From assembly GCF_009914755.1 (NCBI RefSeq), contig NC_060947.1: 64,000 nucleotides of DNA; one strand, given 5' to 3'. Position 1 is the first letter of the stretch. Each line of letters begins with the position of its first letter. The stretch is from the human T2T-CHM13v2.0 reference genome, Homo sapiens. Under the pieces are notes generated by a model. The model searched no databases. It was not told the origin of the DNA and worked only from the letters and a program-made list of their open reading frames with translations. The translations under genes and the position numbers were made by a program. Shown in pieces: positions 49,911-61,807 of this stretch.

Positions 49911-51828
49911 TTAGCCTGTTGTGAACTCCATCTATTACTTGTCTTTTTAGGCAGCCACACTGTTCTACAGTTCCCACAAATGTTCCCAAGGAAAATGTTG
50001 TTCATATTAGGCAATCACTTCTTGTGGTCTTCTTACTTAGGCTATACCTTTTCCCTAAAACAAAAAAAATACAAGAATAGTCTTTCAAAATAAATATTTC
50101 TACCAATGGATTGAAACAGCACCTAGTGAAAATGGAAAAATATGGTATGTATGGAATATAATTGCCATCCAAGAAGCTCAAATGTTGGCCATGTCTCAGA
50201 AAAAGGAACTAAGAGATATATTTCCTTTTGTCCTAAATAAGAATGAGAAATCCCCCAACACATGCCAAAAACCATTGCTTAAATTGAGATGGAGAGTAGG
50301 TGTCACAGTCATTCATTAATGGTAATATCACATGTGTTTTTAAGTTCCCAAACTCCAGTATGTATAATTATCCTTTATTACCTATAAAAGAAGTAATTGT
50401 CTGGAAATAGTTTGTTGTTTTTACAAGTTTAATTTAAGACAGAAAGCTGTAAGATTCCAAAAGGCACAACCTGAGGATAACTGCAATTTTACTAAATATG
50501 TAAGAATATATACTGATACTTATATGGAAGCTTGGCATCAGAGTTCATCCAAAGCAAACTAATGGCAGCTGTAACAGACTACTAAAGCTCTGTTGTTATA
50601 TCTACCAGGCATTGGAGAATGAAGATGCTGTGAAACTCTCTGAGTTTACAGCAGGTTAGCACTTTTTCACCTCTCAGAGCATGGAAGCAGCTCTTTATCC
50701 ATATGCTATAATGACAAGCCTGGCTTAGTATATTGTCAGGATCTTCAGCAGGAGCTATTTATCTCTTTCCTTATGGTTCAGCCTGGTTTGCAGCTGTAGG
50801 GGAATATCCAGCCTCTAGGTAAGTGAAGTATAAGCACCACACTCACAGATCTAAAGATCAGAGGCACAGTATCAAGTCGGAGATGCCTCTATTCACACTA
50901 TCATGCCTCCTAGTTTTAGTAAGTACCAGGATACTGCATTTCCCCCTTATGTTCAAAGCATTGCATGAACCATTATTTGTATAATACCATTATAGGATTA
51001 GGTGATGGTCAATTCATAAGGAAATAAAAAGAGAGTCAAAGCAAAGGAAATCTAATTTCCAAAGACAAGCTTTTACTATAGCACATTTTTTTCATCTGGT
51101 TTCAGTGCGAGAGCATGTATTATTATATTAAGACAGTGTGCTTGTTCAATCAGATATTGTCAGAGGTTTGAGAGCAATGAACTAACAATTAGAAGGTATA
51201 TTTTCTAATTACGGCTCATCACATATTAATTGTGTAGCATTTCACTTTCGTAGACTCAGTTTTCCACATCTGTTGAACAGGGATTGTCATAAGGTCATTT
51301 ATATATGCTAAATAATGACAATCATAAGGTCATAATACAAATTAAAATTTAAAAAATGTATTTAATGCACTTAGCACCATTCCTAGCACCTAGTAATCTT
51401 AATGAATCCATTTGGAGAATGAGAAGGGAGGGGAGGAGGAGGAAAAGATGGAGAAAGGAAGGACAGATAGAGGAGAAGTAAATGTAAGAGGAAGAATAGT
51501 AGAAGCAGTAAGAAGCAATGGTGATTTTGATGGTGGTGGAATGGTTGTTAAAAACACGAGTTTTTGCCATGATGCTTCTGTGATCTCAAACAAAATAAAT
51601 AATTCAACCATTTGAGCCTGTTTGTTTTAGAATTTTTAAATAGATAAATAATAATTGTCCATATTCAAGGGATACATAGTATATAGTGATTTTTGATACA
51701 TATAATGTATAGTGATCAGATCAGAGTAAATAGCATATCTGTCATCTAGAGATAGGGAGATATTTCTTAAAGAATATAAAATTAGAGTTAAGAGGGTTAT
51801 CTTTTAGTATTATATACTAGAAGCTATT

Positions 51829-54193
51829 TGTATTAGTTTGTTCTCATGCTGCTAATAAAGATATACCCGAGACTTGGTAGTTTATAAAGAAAAGAGGTTT
51901 AATGGACTCACAGTTCCACATGGCTGGGGAGGCCTCACAATCATGGTGGAAAATGAAGAAAGAGCAAAGGCACATCTTACATGGTGGCAGGCAAGAAGGG
52001 GAAAATGAGAGCCAAGTAAAAAGAGAAACCCCTTATAAAACCATCAGCTCTAATGAGACTTATTCACTACCATGTGAACAGTATGGGGGAAACTGCCCCC
52101 ATGATTCAATTATCTTCCACCAGGTCCCTCCCACAACATGTGGGAATTATGGGAGCTACAATTCAAGATCAGATTTGGTTGGGAACACAGCCAAATCATA
52201 TCATTCCACACCTGGCCCTTCCCAAATCTCATGTCCTCACATTTCAAAACCAATTATGCCTTCCCCTCAACTGTCCCCCAAAGTCTTAAATCATTTCAGG
52301 ATTAAGTCAACAGTCTAGTCCAAAGTCTCATCTGAGACAAGGCAAGTCTCTTCCACCTGTGAGCCTGTAAAATCAAAAGCAAGTTAGTTACTTCCTAGAT
52401 ACAATGGGGGTACAGGCATTGGGTAAATATACTTATTCCAAATGGGATAAATTGGCCCAAACCAAGGTGCTACAAGCCTCATGCAAGTCCAAAATCCAGG
52501 ATGGCAGTCAAATCTTAAAGCTTCAAAATAATCTCCTTCGACTCCATGTCTCACCTCCAGGTAATGCTGATGCAAAAGGTCTGCTCCCAGGGCCATTGGC
52601 AGCTCTGCCCCTGTGGCTTATCAAGGTACAGCCCCCATCTCGGCTGCTTTAACAGGCTGACATTGAGTGTCTGCAGCTTTTCCACATGCACAGTGCAAGC
52701 TGATGATGGATCTCCATTCTGAAGTCTGGAGTACAGTGGCCTTCTTCTCGCAGCTCCACTAGGCAATGTCCCAGTAGGGATTCTGTGTGGGGGCTCCAAC
52801 CCCACATTTCCCTTCTGCACTGCCCTAGCAGAGGTTATCCATGAGGACCCCACCCCTGAAGCAAACTTCTGCCTGGACATCTAGGCATTTCCATACATCC
52901 TCTGAAATCTAGGTGGAGGTTCCCAAATCTCAATTCTTCACTTCTGTGCACCCACAGGCTCAACACCATGTGGAAGACACCAAAACTTGGGGCTTGCACC
53001 CTTGGAAGCTATGGTCTGAGTTGTACCTTGGCCACTTTTAGCCATGGCTTGAGCAGCTGGGATGCAGGGCACCAAGTCCCTAGGCTGCACACAACAGGAG
53101 GGCCCTGGGCCCAGCCCACAAAACTGTTTTGTTCTTCCTATGCCTCCTGGCTTATGGTAAGAGGGGCTGCCATGACAACCCTGAAATGCCCTAGAGACAT
53201 TTTCCCCGTATTCTTGGCAATTAACATTTGGCTTCTCATTACTTATGCAAATGTCTGGAGCCAGCTTGAGTTTCTCCTCAGAAAATGGGTTTTTCTTTTC
53301 TATCCCATTGTCAGACTGCAAATTTTCCAAACCTTTATACTCTGCTTCCCTTTTAAACATAAGTTCCAATTCCAAACCATATCTTTGCAAATCAATAAAA
53401 CTAAGTGGTTTTAAAATCACCCAAGTGACCTCTTGAATGTTTTGCTGCTTAGAAATTTCTGCCATCAGATACTCTAAATTATCTCCCTCAAGCTCAAAGT
53501 TCCAGAAATCTCTAGGCCAGGGGAAAAATTCCACCAGTCTCTATGCTAAAACATAGCAAGAGTCACCTTTACTTCAGTTCCCAACAAGTTCCTCATTGCT
53601 GTCTGAGACCACCTCAGCCTGGATTTCATTGTCCATATCATTAGCATTTTGGTTAAAGCCATTCAACAAGTCTCTAGGAAGTTCCAAACTTTCCTACATC
53701 TTTATGGCTTCTTCTCAGCCTTCCAAACTCTTCCAACTTTTGCATGTTACCCAGTTCTAAAGTTGCTTCCACATTTTTTGGGTATCTTTACAGCAGCACC
53801 CCACTCTTGGTACCAATTTGTATTTGTCAGCTCTCATGCTGGTAATAAAGACATACCCAAGGCTGGGTAATTTATAAAGGAAAAAGGTTTAATGGACTCA
53901 CAGTTTCACATGGCTGGGGAGGCCTCATAATAGTGATAGAAGGTGAAGAAAGAGCAAAGGCACATCTTACATGATGGCAGGCAAGAGGGAACATACAAGA
54001 GCCAAGCAAAAGGGAAAACCCCTTATAAAACCATCAGCTCCCATGAGACTTATTCACTACCACAAGAACAGTATGGGGGAAACCACCCCCATGATTCAAT
54101 TATCTCCCACCAGGGCCCTCCCACAACATATGGGAATTATGGGAAATAAAATTCAAGATAAGCTTTGCGTGGAGACACAGCCAAACCATAGCA
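51829..54193 (-). mobile_element. Full-length THE1 (B/C-like) provirus: LTRs 51829-52203 and 53819-54193
   Basis: Two similar LTRs around 1.6-kb THE1-int; TSD ctatt/ctgtt; 198-aa ORF 52938-53534 is a MaLR-int remnant. Confidence 0.92.
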
Positions 54194-54217
54194 CTGTTTA
54201 CTGATAACTTCTTGAAA

Positions 54218-54345
54218 GTCTATCTGTCTGTCTATCTATCTATTTATTGTATCATCTATCTATCTATCTAATGAATCTATCTATCTATTCACCTACCTAC
54301 CTACCTACCTACCTACCTACCTACCTGTTTACCTACCCATCTACC
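54218..54345. repeat. Compound (TCTA)n/(CCTA)n microsatellite
   Basis: Direct reading. Confidence 0.9.
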
Positions 54346-55200
54346 TCCCTCTCAGTGAGTCACTGGCTGATGAAAGGAGCATGGATGACATTCTGTAGGA
54401 TTACTGTAGTCTTCAATAATACACAGTTTCAAATAACCAGAAGGAGAATATTGATTGCTTCCAACACAGAGAAATGATCAATATTTGAGCCCCAATTTTC
54501 TTATGTGTAAAATGTAGAATCTGATGTATTGTCATGCATACTCAGAAAGCTGCTGTAAGATGTAAATAAAATAATGGACATAAAAAACATTTTGATACCT
54601 ACTAAATTCAAAAGAATCCTAAAAGATTATTACTCCAAAAAACAGTCCCTGTAGACCATGTTAGGCCACTACATAATAAAGATAAATGGTGCTTGGCATA
54701 GAGCTTCTTCCTAGTTTCTTCTTTATCATTTATGTGGACCTAAATTGAGATTACAGAAGAGACCAGGTATGATCTAATCACTCCCTGGGAGGTTTTTATA
54801 TAGGCAAAATAGAGTACAGTATTTGAAGTTGAGTTGTATATAAAACATGTTACAGAGTAGAATTGGTCTCCATTGTATTACGTGAACACCTTTATTTATA
54901 TGTGTAATTGCCCTTTTCCAAAACTATATGAATTCTTTGGGGGATAATACAGGTTGGATGGGTATATTAAACTTGATCAAATGTTCTGAGAGTCAATTAA
55001 AATCAAATCTATCAAACCGTTATGTTTTTGTTTCTGTTTTTTAAATGAATTGTCACACTTTTAGCACCCAAATACACAGTCCATAGATAAATTAATTCAA
55101 TTACCTTTACAATTTCAAATATTGGAAGAAAACATTTTTAACAAGTTGTCTGGACCCTTCCGTTCTTTTGATGAACAGGAGTGATGGCATGACATCCCCA

Positions 55201-55537
55201 TGATATAGTTTGGCTGTGTCCCCACCCAAGTCTCATCTTGAATTGTACACTCCCATAATTCCCATGTATTTTGGGAGGGACACGGTGGGAGATAATGGTA
55301 TCATGGGGTCAGTTTCTCTCATACTGTACTCATGGTAGTGAATAAGTCTCACAAGATCTGATGGTTTTATAAGGGGAAACCCCTTTTGCCTGTCTCTCAT
55401 GCCTTTCACCTTCCTCCATGATTATGAGGCCTCCCCAGTTACGTGAAACTGTGAGTTCATTAAACCTTTTTTCTTTCTTTATAAATTAGCCAGTCTTGGG
55501 TATGTCTTTATCATCAGCATGAAAATGGAGTAATACA
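55201..55537 (+). mobile_element. THE1B/C-like solo LTR
   Basis: tgatatagtttggctgtgtccccaccc...gtaataca; TSD cccca/ccccc. Confidence 0.88.
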
Positions 55538-56336
55538 CCCCCCACTCACACTCCTTGGTGCTGCCCTAAATATTTTTTTTAAGGGTAAAAGAAAGGCTTC
55601 CTTTCCATGCTCAAACCACTTACATTCTAGGATCCTGTCTTCAGACTGACACGCCTTATTTCCTGGAACCTCAAAATTCTGGATGGCATTTAAATAGTGA
55701 AATTGAGGTCTCAGGATTGCGTCCATGCTCTTTTCAGTCAGCCAGTGGGTCTTTGAGAAGGATGTAGATGGGCAGGTAAATAGGTAGGGAGCAGGTAGGT
55801 GAGTAGATAAATAGATTACTTAGATACATAGAAAGACAGACAGACAGACTTCAAGAAGTTGTAAGTAAGAAGAGATAGCCAATATGAAATTATCTTAATT
55901 ATGTAAAAACCTATTTCTGTAATATTTTCTTCTGACAAATTAAGTAGCATTGGGTGATTTATGAAAAGATGTTTTCATATGCAGTGATTTCTTTGTTATA
56001 AAATAAATACCTTAGGTCTTTAAGCATTTGAAAGTTATTTGACACTAGAGTTCTGTATTTTTATGAGTATATACTTGTCAAAAACGAAAGCCTTCAATAG
56101 AGTGGAAATCAATTATTTGTATTTAGATTGTTTTCCTGAAATAAAATTTAACTTGGATTTCTGCTTTTTTGTTTGCCAAATCTAGCAGCCCTATGGTAAA
56201 ATGATAAGCTCAGTATGGGTAAACCCAGATAACTTCTAAGTGTCCTTTCAGCTGGGAACATCCACATTGCTGTTGCAGGACCAGCCTGGCAAGCAATATG
56301 CATATGTGGAATGGATACTAGTATACGCTTGGAAGG

Positions 56337-56510
56337 CAGTGGTTCTGAAACTTCACTCTTGAGAAACATTTAAAATATCAAATCTTGTGCAACACCCTAA
56401 GAAATTCTGATTCACCAGTTCTGGAGTAAGGCCACTGAAACTGCACCATTAACAGCAACTCAAGTAACTCTGATGCAAGTATTCAAAATCCTCATTTTGA
56501 AAAACACTGG
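56337..56510. mobile_element. MER5-like hAT-Charlie element
   Basis: cagtggttctgaaac...attctgattcaccagttctgg...tttgaaaaacactg termini. Confidence 0.65.
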
Positions 56511-57409
56511 ACTTTCTCTTACAAATAAATGCAGGAATCATGACTACCTGGATCAGAAAATTATATCATTATTCATTTATGACCATACTAAAATCTAAAT
56601 ACTGCTTGTCTAACCACGCAAAAGACCCACTCTGGACTACTCTGCCAACATTTTGTTGACTAAAATATATTTAATGCTAAATTGGTCATGAAATTGTTTT
56701 ACATTAATTTTTGTGAAAGTGGGAAAATTCAACTTAATCATATTCATATATACATAAAAGCACTGTAGAAAAAGACAATAAAATTTTCATTTAATAAAGA
56801 AAAATAACTTGTTGAATCTTATGCATGGAAATAATAGAATAAGCTTTTGATTAGAGGAGGAGTGTGAAGCACTTCTTCTGAGAGAAAAAGCTCATTATTT
56901 TAATACAAATCAACCTGCTATTAAGGCAAAACTCTAAAAGGTCAAAGAGCGCTATATAAAACCCATGCACTAAACTATTTTTCAGTGAAGATTCAGTATT
57001 CTCTAACAGCCATTTTCCCTCAATTTAATATTTAAATGTTCCCTCCTGTAATAGCAATTTAAAAAGGAGATTATGTCTAAAAGTTAACATTTAACTAATA
57101 ATCTCACTAGAGGGTATTCCTGCAAGCACAGCTAGTTAAACTTTGGTTGTTCATCAGACTAAAAGCCAGGTTGACTGATTTGGTGGGGGGCAGAAACTAG
57201 CTTTCAACTGACCTGATCATTAATAGTTTAAACGTACACAAATATTGTATATGGATAAATTCACACATTCAGATATCACTAGTAGGAAAAATTACTGTAA
57301 TTTTATTGTTTGTACGATTAAGGCAAAAACATGTTTTTGCTAGGAATTATCCCACTGTAAACAAATATTTGATTCTCTACACTTAATTACTCTTAAAAAC
57401 TGGATTTTA

Positions 57410-57448
57410 GATGAGGTCGGGCGCGTTCAGGGTGGTATGGACGTAAAA
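57410..57448 (-). pseudogene. 5S rRNA 5'-end fragment (about nt 1-39), antisense, part of a chimeric retrocopy
   Basis: gatgaggtcgggcgcgttcagggtggtatggacgta versus reverse complement of 5S GACGAGATCGGGCGCGTTCAGGGTGGTATGGCCGTA. Confidence 0.92.
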
Positions 57449-58413
57449 ATGGCATTCATGATGTCTGAAACAAGCCTAAATAGAATTCAAGATTAGACTA
57501 AATGATTTTCACAAGGTGCATTCAAGGTTTTACATTCCATGATTGGAAAAAAAAATTTTTTTGAAAACTTTTTATTTCACATTCTTTCCTGTAGGATTTT
57601 GCTACAAATGACTTTGGGAATGAATACAGTGGAATGGTAACTTTTCAGTGGTTCAGAATTGAATTAGACTACTTGTGATTGTGATGTTTGGTTTCCATTC
57701 AAATATATGAAGTGAGATGTCATATCCTGAATATAGTTTCTCTTCCCCAATTACTGATAGCATGTCTGTCAGCCAGTAAAGATTAAGAACAGAGTTTCTC
57801 TAAATTCCTCTGATTATTTCACTAAGGCACATTAAAATACTTAATTTTGGGAAACCAAATATCACAGATTTCTCCATGAAGTCCTAAATCTTCTTTAAAG
57901 TCAGAATAGGTATCTTAGTTACTGACAGTATTCAGGTTTTTTTCTCCCTTGGTGATGATATGTCATTCCATCAGTGAAAAAATATTTTTCTCCCGGGGTA
58001 AGAAAGGTATTCTTGTAATACATTACCATCAATCCTTAAACAGTAACAGTCTTGGCACTTATCATAAAACCGACCCATCTCTTATAACCAGAAAGATTAT
58101 CTTAGACTGTCCTTCACATTATACTTTACTTACTGCCTTGTAAGAATAAGAGTTGCTCACTGTGTTTATTTGCTGTCCTCCATATTCTCCACTGCATCAC
58201 TGGTGTATAATGTTAAGAGTTTCATTGAATATTATTTGAAGTATTACAAAAGACAGCTTGCTTCTTAATCTATGCATCTTTGGGGTTTTTGAAGAAGAAA
58301 TTTAATTCTTTGATGTAAAAAGGAACTGTTAAAAGAGTTGGAAACTCTGCACCTGTGTATATATACATTTTTAGCAATAAAGCAGCATGGACTGAGACTG
58401 CAAAAAAAAAAAA
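57449..58413 (+). pseudogene. Processed retrocopy of an unidentified mRNA 3'UTR (about 950 bp)
   Basis: AATAAA 58376-58381, A12 tail 58402-58413, 15-bp TSD aaaaactggatttta at 57395-57409 and 58409-58423, TT/AAAA endonuclease site. Confidence 0.85.
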
Positions 58414-58529
58414 CTGGATTTTAATATTATCAAAAGAAACTCAGGTGAATTGATTAGAAAATGCTGCAGCAGAATTTCTCATGTAACTTTTGTTTCTATC
58501 ATATGGGAGTGAAATCATTGAATTTAACA

Positions 58530-58760
58530 TAACAGACATCTGACTCTGGAGCCAGAATTATTGGGTTTAAATTCTGAATGTGCATCCTACTGCAACCTAC
58601 TGTGTTTCCGTGGAAACATACTCAGCTTCCCTTTGCCTCAATTTCTACCTCTCTATAATAGGATTAGAACCTTCCTTTTGGATTGCTCTGGGGATCAAAT
58701 GAAATTAAAATTATGTGGGTAATGTTCTTATAATATTTTCTGGTGCCTGCAAAGTATATA
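58530..58760 (+). repeat. MIR SINE
   Basis: gactctggagccaga...tttgcctcaatttctacctctctataatagga. Confidence 0.6.
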
Positions 58761-58973
58761 TAAGTTGGGGGGAAGGAAGGTCATTATTATTATGTTTCAG
58801 GTTTATGGCCTTTTCACACATAGCATGGTTGATGGCAAATCTTAAGTACTATTTTGTTCAGAGTTCATTCTAGGGGATCAAATAATCTCTGATACAGTAT
58901 GATTAATTCTCAGGTAAAAAGTATGACAGATGAAACTACAAAGCAGTCAGATCTTTCACCTTTTGATTATGTA

Positions 58974-59269
58974 CAGTCATGCATCACTTAACAACGTGGA
59001 TATGCTCTGGGAAATGCATCTTTAGGTGACTTTAGCACTGTGCAAACATCATAGAATGTACTTACACAAACCTAGATGGTATGTATAATATTATTTATAT
59101 ATTTTTAAATGGAAAACCAAACCTCTCAGCACCAATATTGACTGTCTACAATGCCAATACCAAGTACCATATATCAGGTTTCTACAAATGCTCCATGATA
59201 ATTTTATGGGATCACTGTAATATATTCAGTCCATCATTAACTAAAATGTCATTATGCGGTGCATTACTT
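58974..59269 (+). mobile_element. Tigger3-derived MITE
   Basis: ta|cagtcatgcatcacttaacaac...gtacttacacaaacctagatggtat...gtcattatgcggtgcattact. Confidence 0.8.
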
Positions 59270-59769
59270 TAATTAGTTTCCTGGCTGTCAGTACACTGTG
59301 TATGTATGTTAAGATAACTCTGAAGCATATTATCTCACAATGCTGAAGGTGGCACACCTTTGGAAGATAGAACCATTTCCTTCCCGGTGCCACTTGTAAG
59401 TCTAAACGCTCTTCTAGAACTCCAATCTGGTGTTGAGACAATTTGTTTTGTTTGTTCCTCCAGTCCAACCCTGTATGTTCACTTTGTGTTTCTTTACCTC
59501 TTAATTTCTCAAACTACCTGACTTTCATTGTTACCTAAAGTCCTAGAAATCTGACTTCTGTTTTGATTCAGTTCTGTGAGCTTTATGTTCAAACGTGTTC
59601 TTGCACACCCCCTTCCTCTGTTCTGCTCTTCCATTGATTCTGACTCAAATGGTATAACTTATACTCTGGAGCATTATACTTCTGAAAGAAACCACTATAA
59701 GGCCTTTCATGAGGTTTTGCATACACATCCACTTCCTGGAAGTTTCTGTGAGTCAGTACAGAGGTTTCA

Positions 59770-59862
59770 TGAGATGTCCTATTTATAACTGTGTCTCCCT
59801 GATTAATAACAGTACCTAGCACAAAATGCGTAAGAAATATTTGCTGAATGAATGAATGACTG
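59770..59862 (+). repeat. L2 3' end
   Basis: cagtacctagcaca...aaatatttgctgaatgaatgaatga. Confidence 0.65.
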
Positions 59863-61695
59863 CATAGAAAACAGTTGTTATCTTCATATATATATATATG
59901 TCCTTTATTTATGTTCTTCTTCTCTTTGTTGCCTGACTTTGTGCTTATATTTTTTTTAATTTTAGTGAACTGATTACCACTTAGTCCCTCCACTACTTAT
60001 GGTTCACTTAATGTTTTCTTTAATTCCAAAACCTTTTGCTACTTGATGTTATTAGCAAAACTGTTCATACCAAGAGGTACTATTGCTAGCCAGAAAGATT
60101 TCATCAACATCTCTAAAACTTGGTTTGCATGTAGACAATTAATATGCTAGGGAAACAATCAATACACAATCAATGTACTAGATTTTAATTTCAGTCCATG
60201 TCTTCTGTTTCCAGCCGAATTCATCATGACTCCTAGGGAGAGAATATTTATTCTAGAGGGCAATTCTATAATAAACAATTCCTACCTTTTTCTCAAATCT
60301 ATATTTGCCTATCAACCCAGAATGCAATAAACACTATCAGGTTAACAGTTGATCAATAATTTCAGGCAATGATGGGAAATGCCAATACAAAGAGCATAGA
60401 AGATGAACAAAGGCAGATTTGGGGCACACTGGGTGACATCCTAGAAGAAAGTAACTGAAACCTGCAGAGTAGTTAGGTGCTTTACATGATAGATTATTGA
60501 TGAGTCTCAGTTTGTATCTTGGGGAAAGAATGCCAAATAAATGTCACAAGGAGTCAAGACATTAATCCCATCTAATATGGAATCTCTAAAGTATTGTGGG
60601 AAATGACCTCCAATGAACAGGGGAAGCATCTGACACAGTCCGAACTTGATTTTCCAGAATATTCTGCAGTGGGCTTCTGGTGTTTGGCTTAGATGGCAGG
60701 TTTGGCCTGAGGGGAGAGATTTCCATTGACTATTCATAAGGCAGAATTGACCAGATATATTTATGCATCTAACATTTCCATGTGGGTTACCTATATTGCC
60801 AAACGTTTTTTTTTTTTTCAGAGTTCTTTTTTTTATAATCTAAATAGTTTAAAACATCTTTTGTAACTTTGATGTAACATTACATTCCCTTTTAGAAAGT
60901 GAAAATTGCTGCTCTCAAAATGAAAACAAATTTTAAATCAGAGAGCTTGAATTTAATGCAGGGGGCGGCGGATGGGGGAGAAGCCAAATATGTAAAGCAG
61001 TCTAGCAGCTGGCACTCATATTGGCAAAAGCTGTCTCTAAACATGTAAAGTGAAGAGAAATGCGGTGGTTTTTCAATAATTCCAGAAGTTTCACACCTTG
61101 TTTGTAATTATCTGAGCATTCAAACTAAACTGTATATTTGTCTCAATGACATAAAGAGTTAACTCAAACCTTCCCTTAACTTCATATAGAGAAAAGCAAA
61201 CCTTATCTATAGTACTATACATTGAGATGTTTAGAAAAATCTGGTTAATTGACTGCATTTTAAAATTTCTCATCCAGATGCTTAGCAACATGGGGCCAAA
61301 ACTAAGGTCAGTGAGACTATTTGCAACTTTTTTCCAAAGGACAGAGCAAATTGTTCCCAAAATATTTTGTGATGGAGAGAGAAATATGAGGTTGTCCCAG
61401 TCCAATACACTTAGAGTGTTAGGGTATTATTGGGCAGAAAGCTGCCTGAATATCCAGAGCCTAGACAAACTTGTAGAGATACAGCTAAGATCCTCTTCCT
61501 ATGATGTGAAATCACTACTGGCTACCTCTTTGTCAGCAAATATTAGTTCAGTTAGAAGGTCACATTTTGATAAAAAGATGACTTGAAAAATGAAAGAGGC
61601 ACTTAAAATGTCTCAAAAATTGCCTAAATTTTCAGTAATAAAGCAAAATAAAATGAAGACATAGCTGTTTAACTGTGAACTCTGACTTGGTAACG

Positions 61696-61807
<112 letters not shown>

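Larger units (their letters stand above)
51629..54489 (-). mobile_element. Short L1MA5-7-like 3' end with 5' inversion: minus piece 51629-51747, inverted pieces 51748-51820 and 54392-54489
   Basis: Pieces are contiguous in the recalled consensus (...tttgag|atga...); flanked by atttgagcc at 51610-51618 and 54483-54491 within a MIR. Confidence 0.65.

Noticed and set aside
50590-50825. Possible plus-strand exons (ag|gcattggag...cag|gttag; ctag|gtaagt)
   Set aside because: Splice-like motifs only, stops in all frames of the longer piece and no recognisable product
52938-53534. 198-aa ORF as a novel gene
   Set aside because: Lies wholly within THE1-int; remnant of the MaLR internal ORF
57410-57448. 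5S rRNA gene
   Set aside because: Only about 39 of roughly 120 nt; lacks the internal promoter boxes
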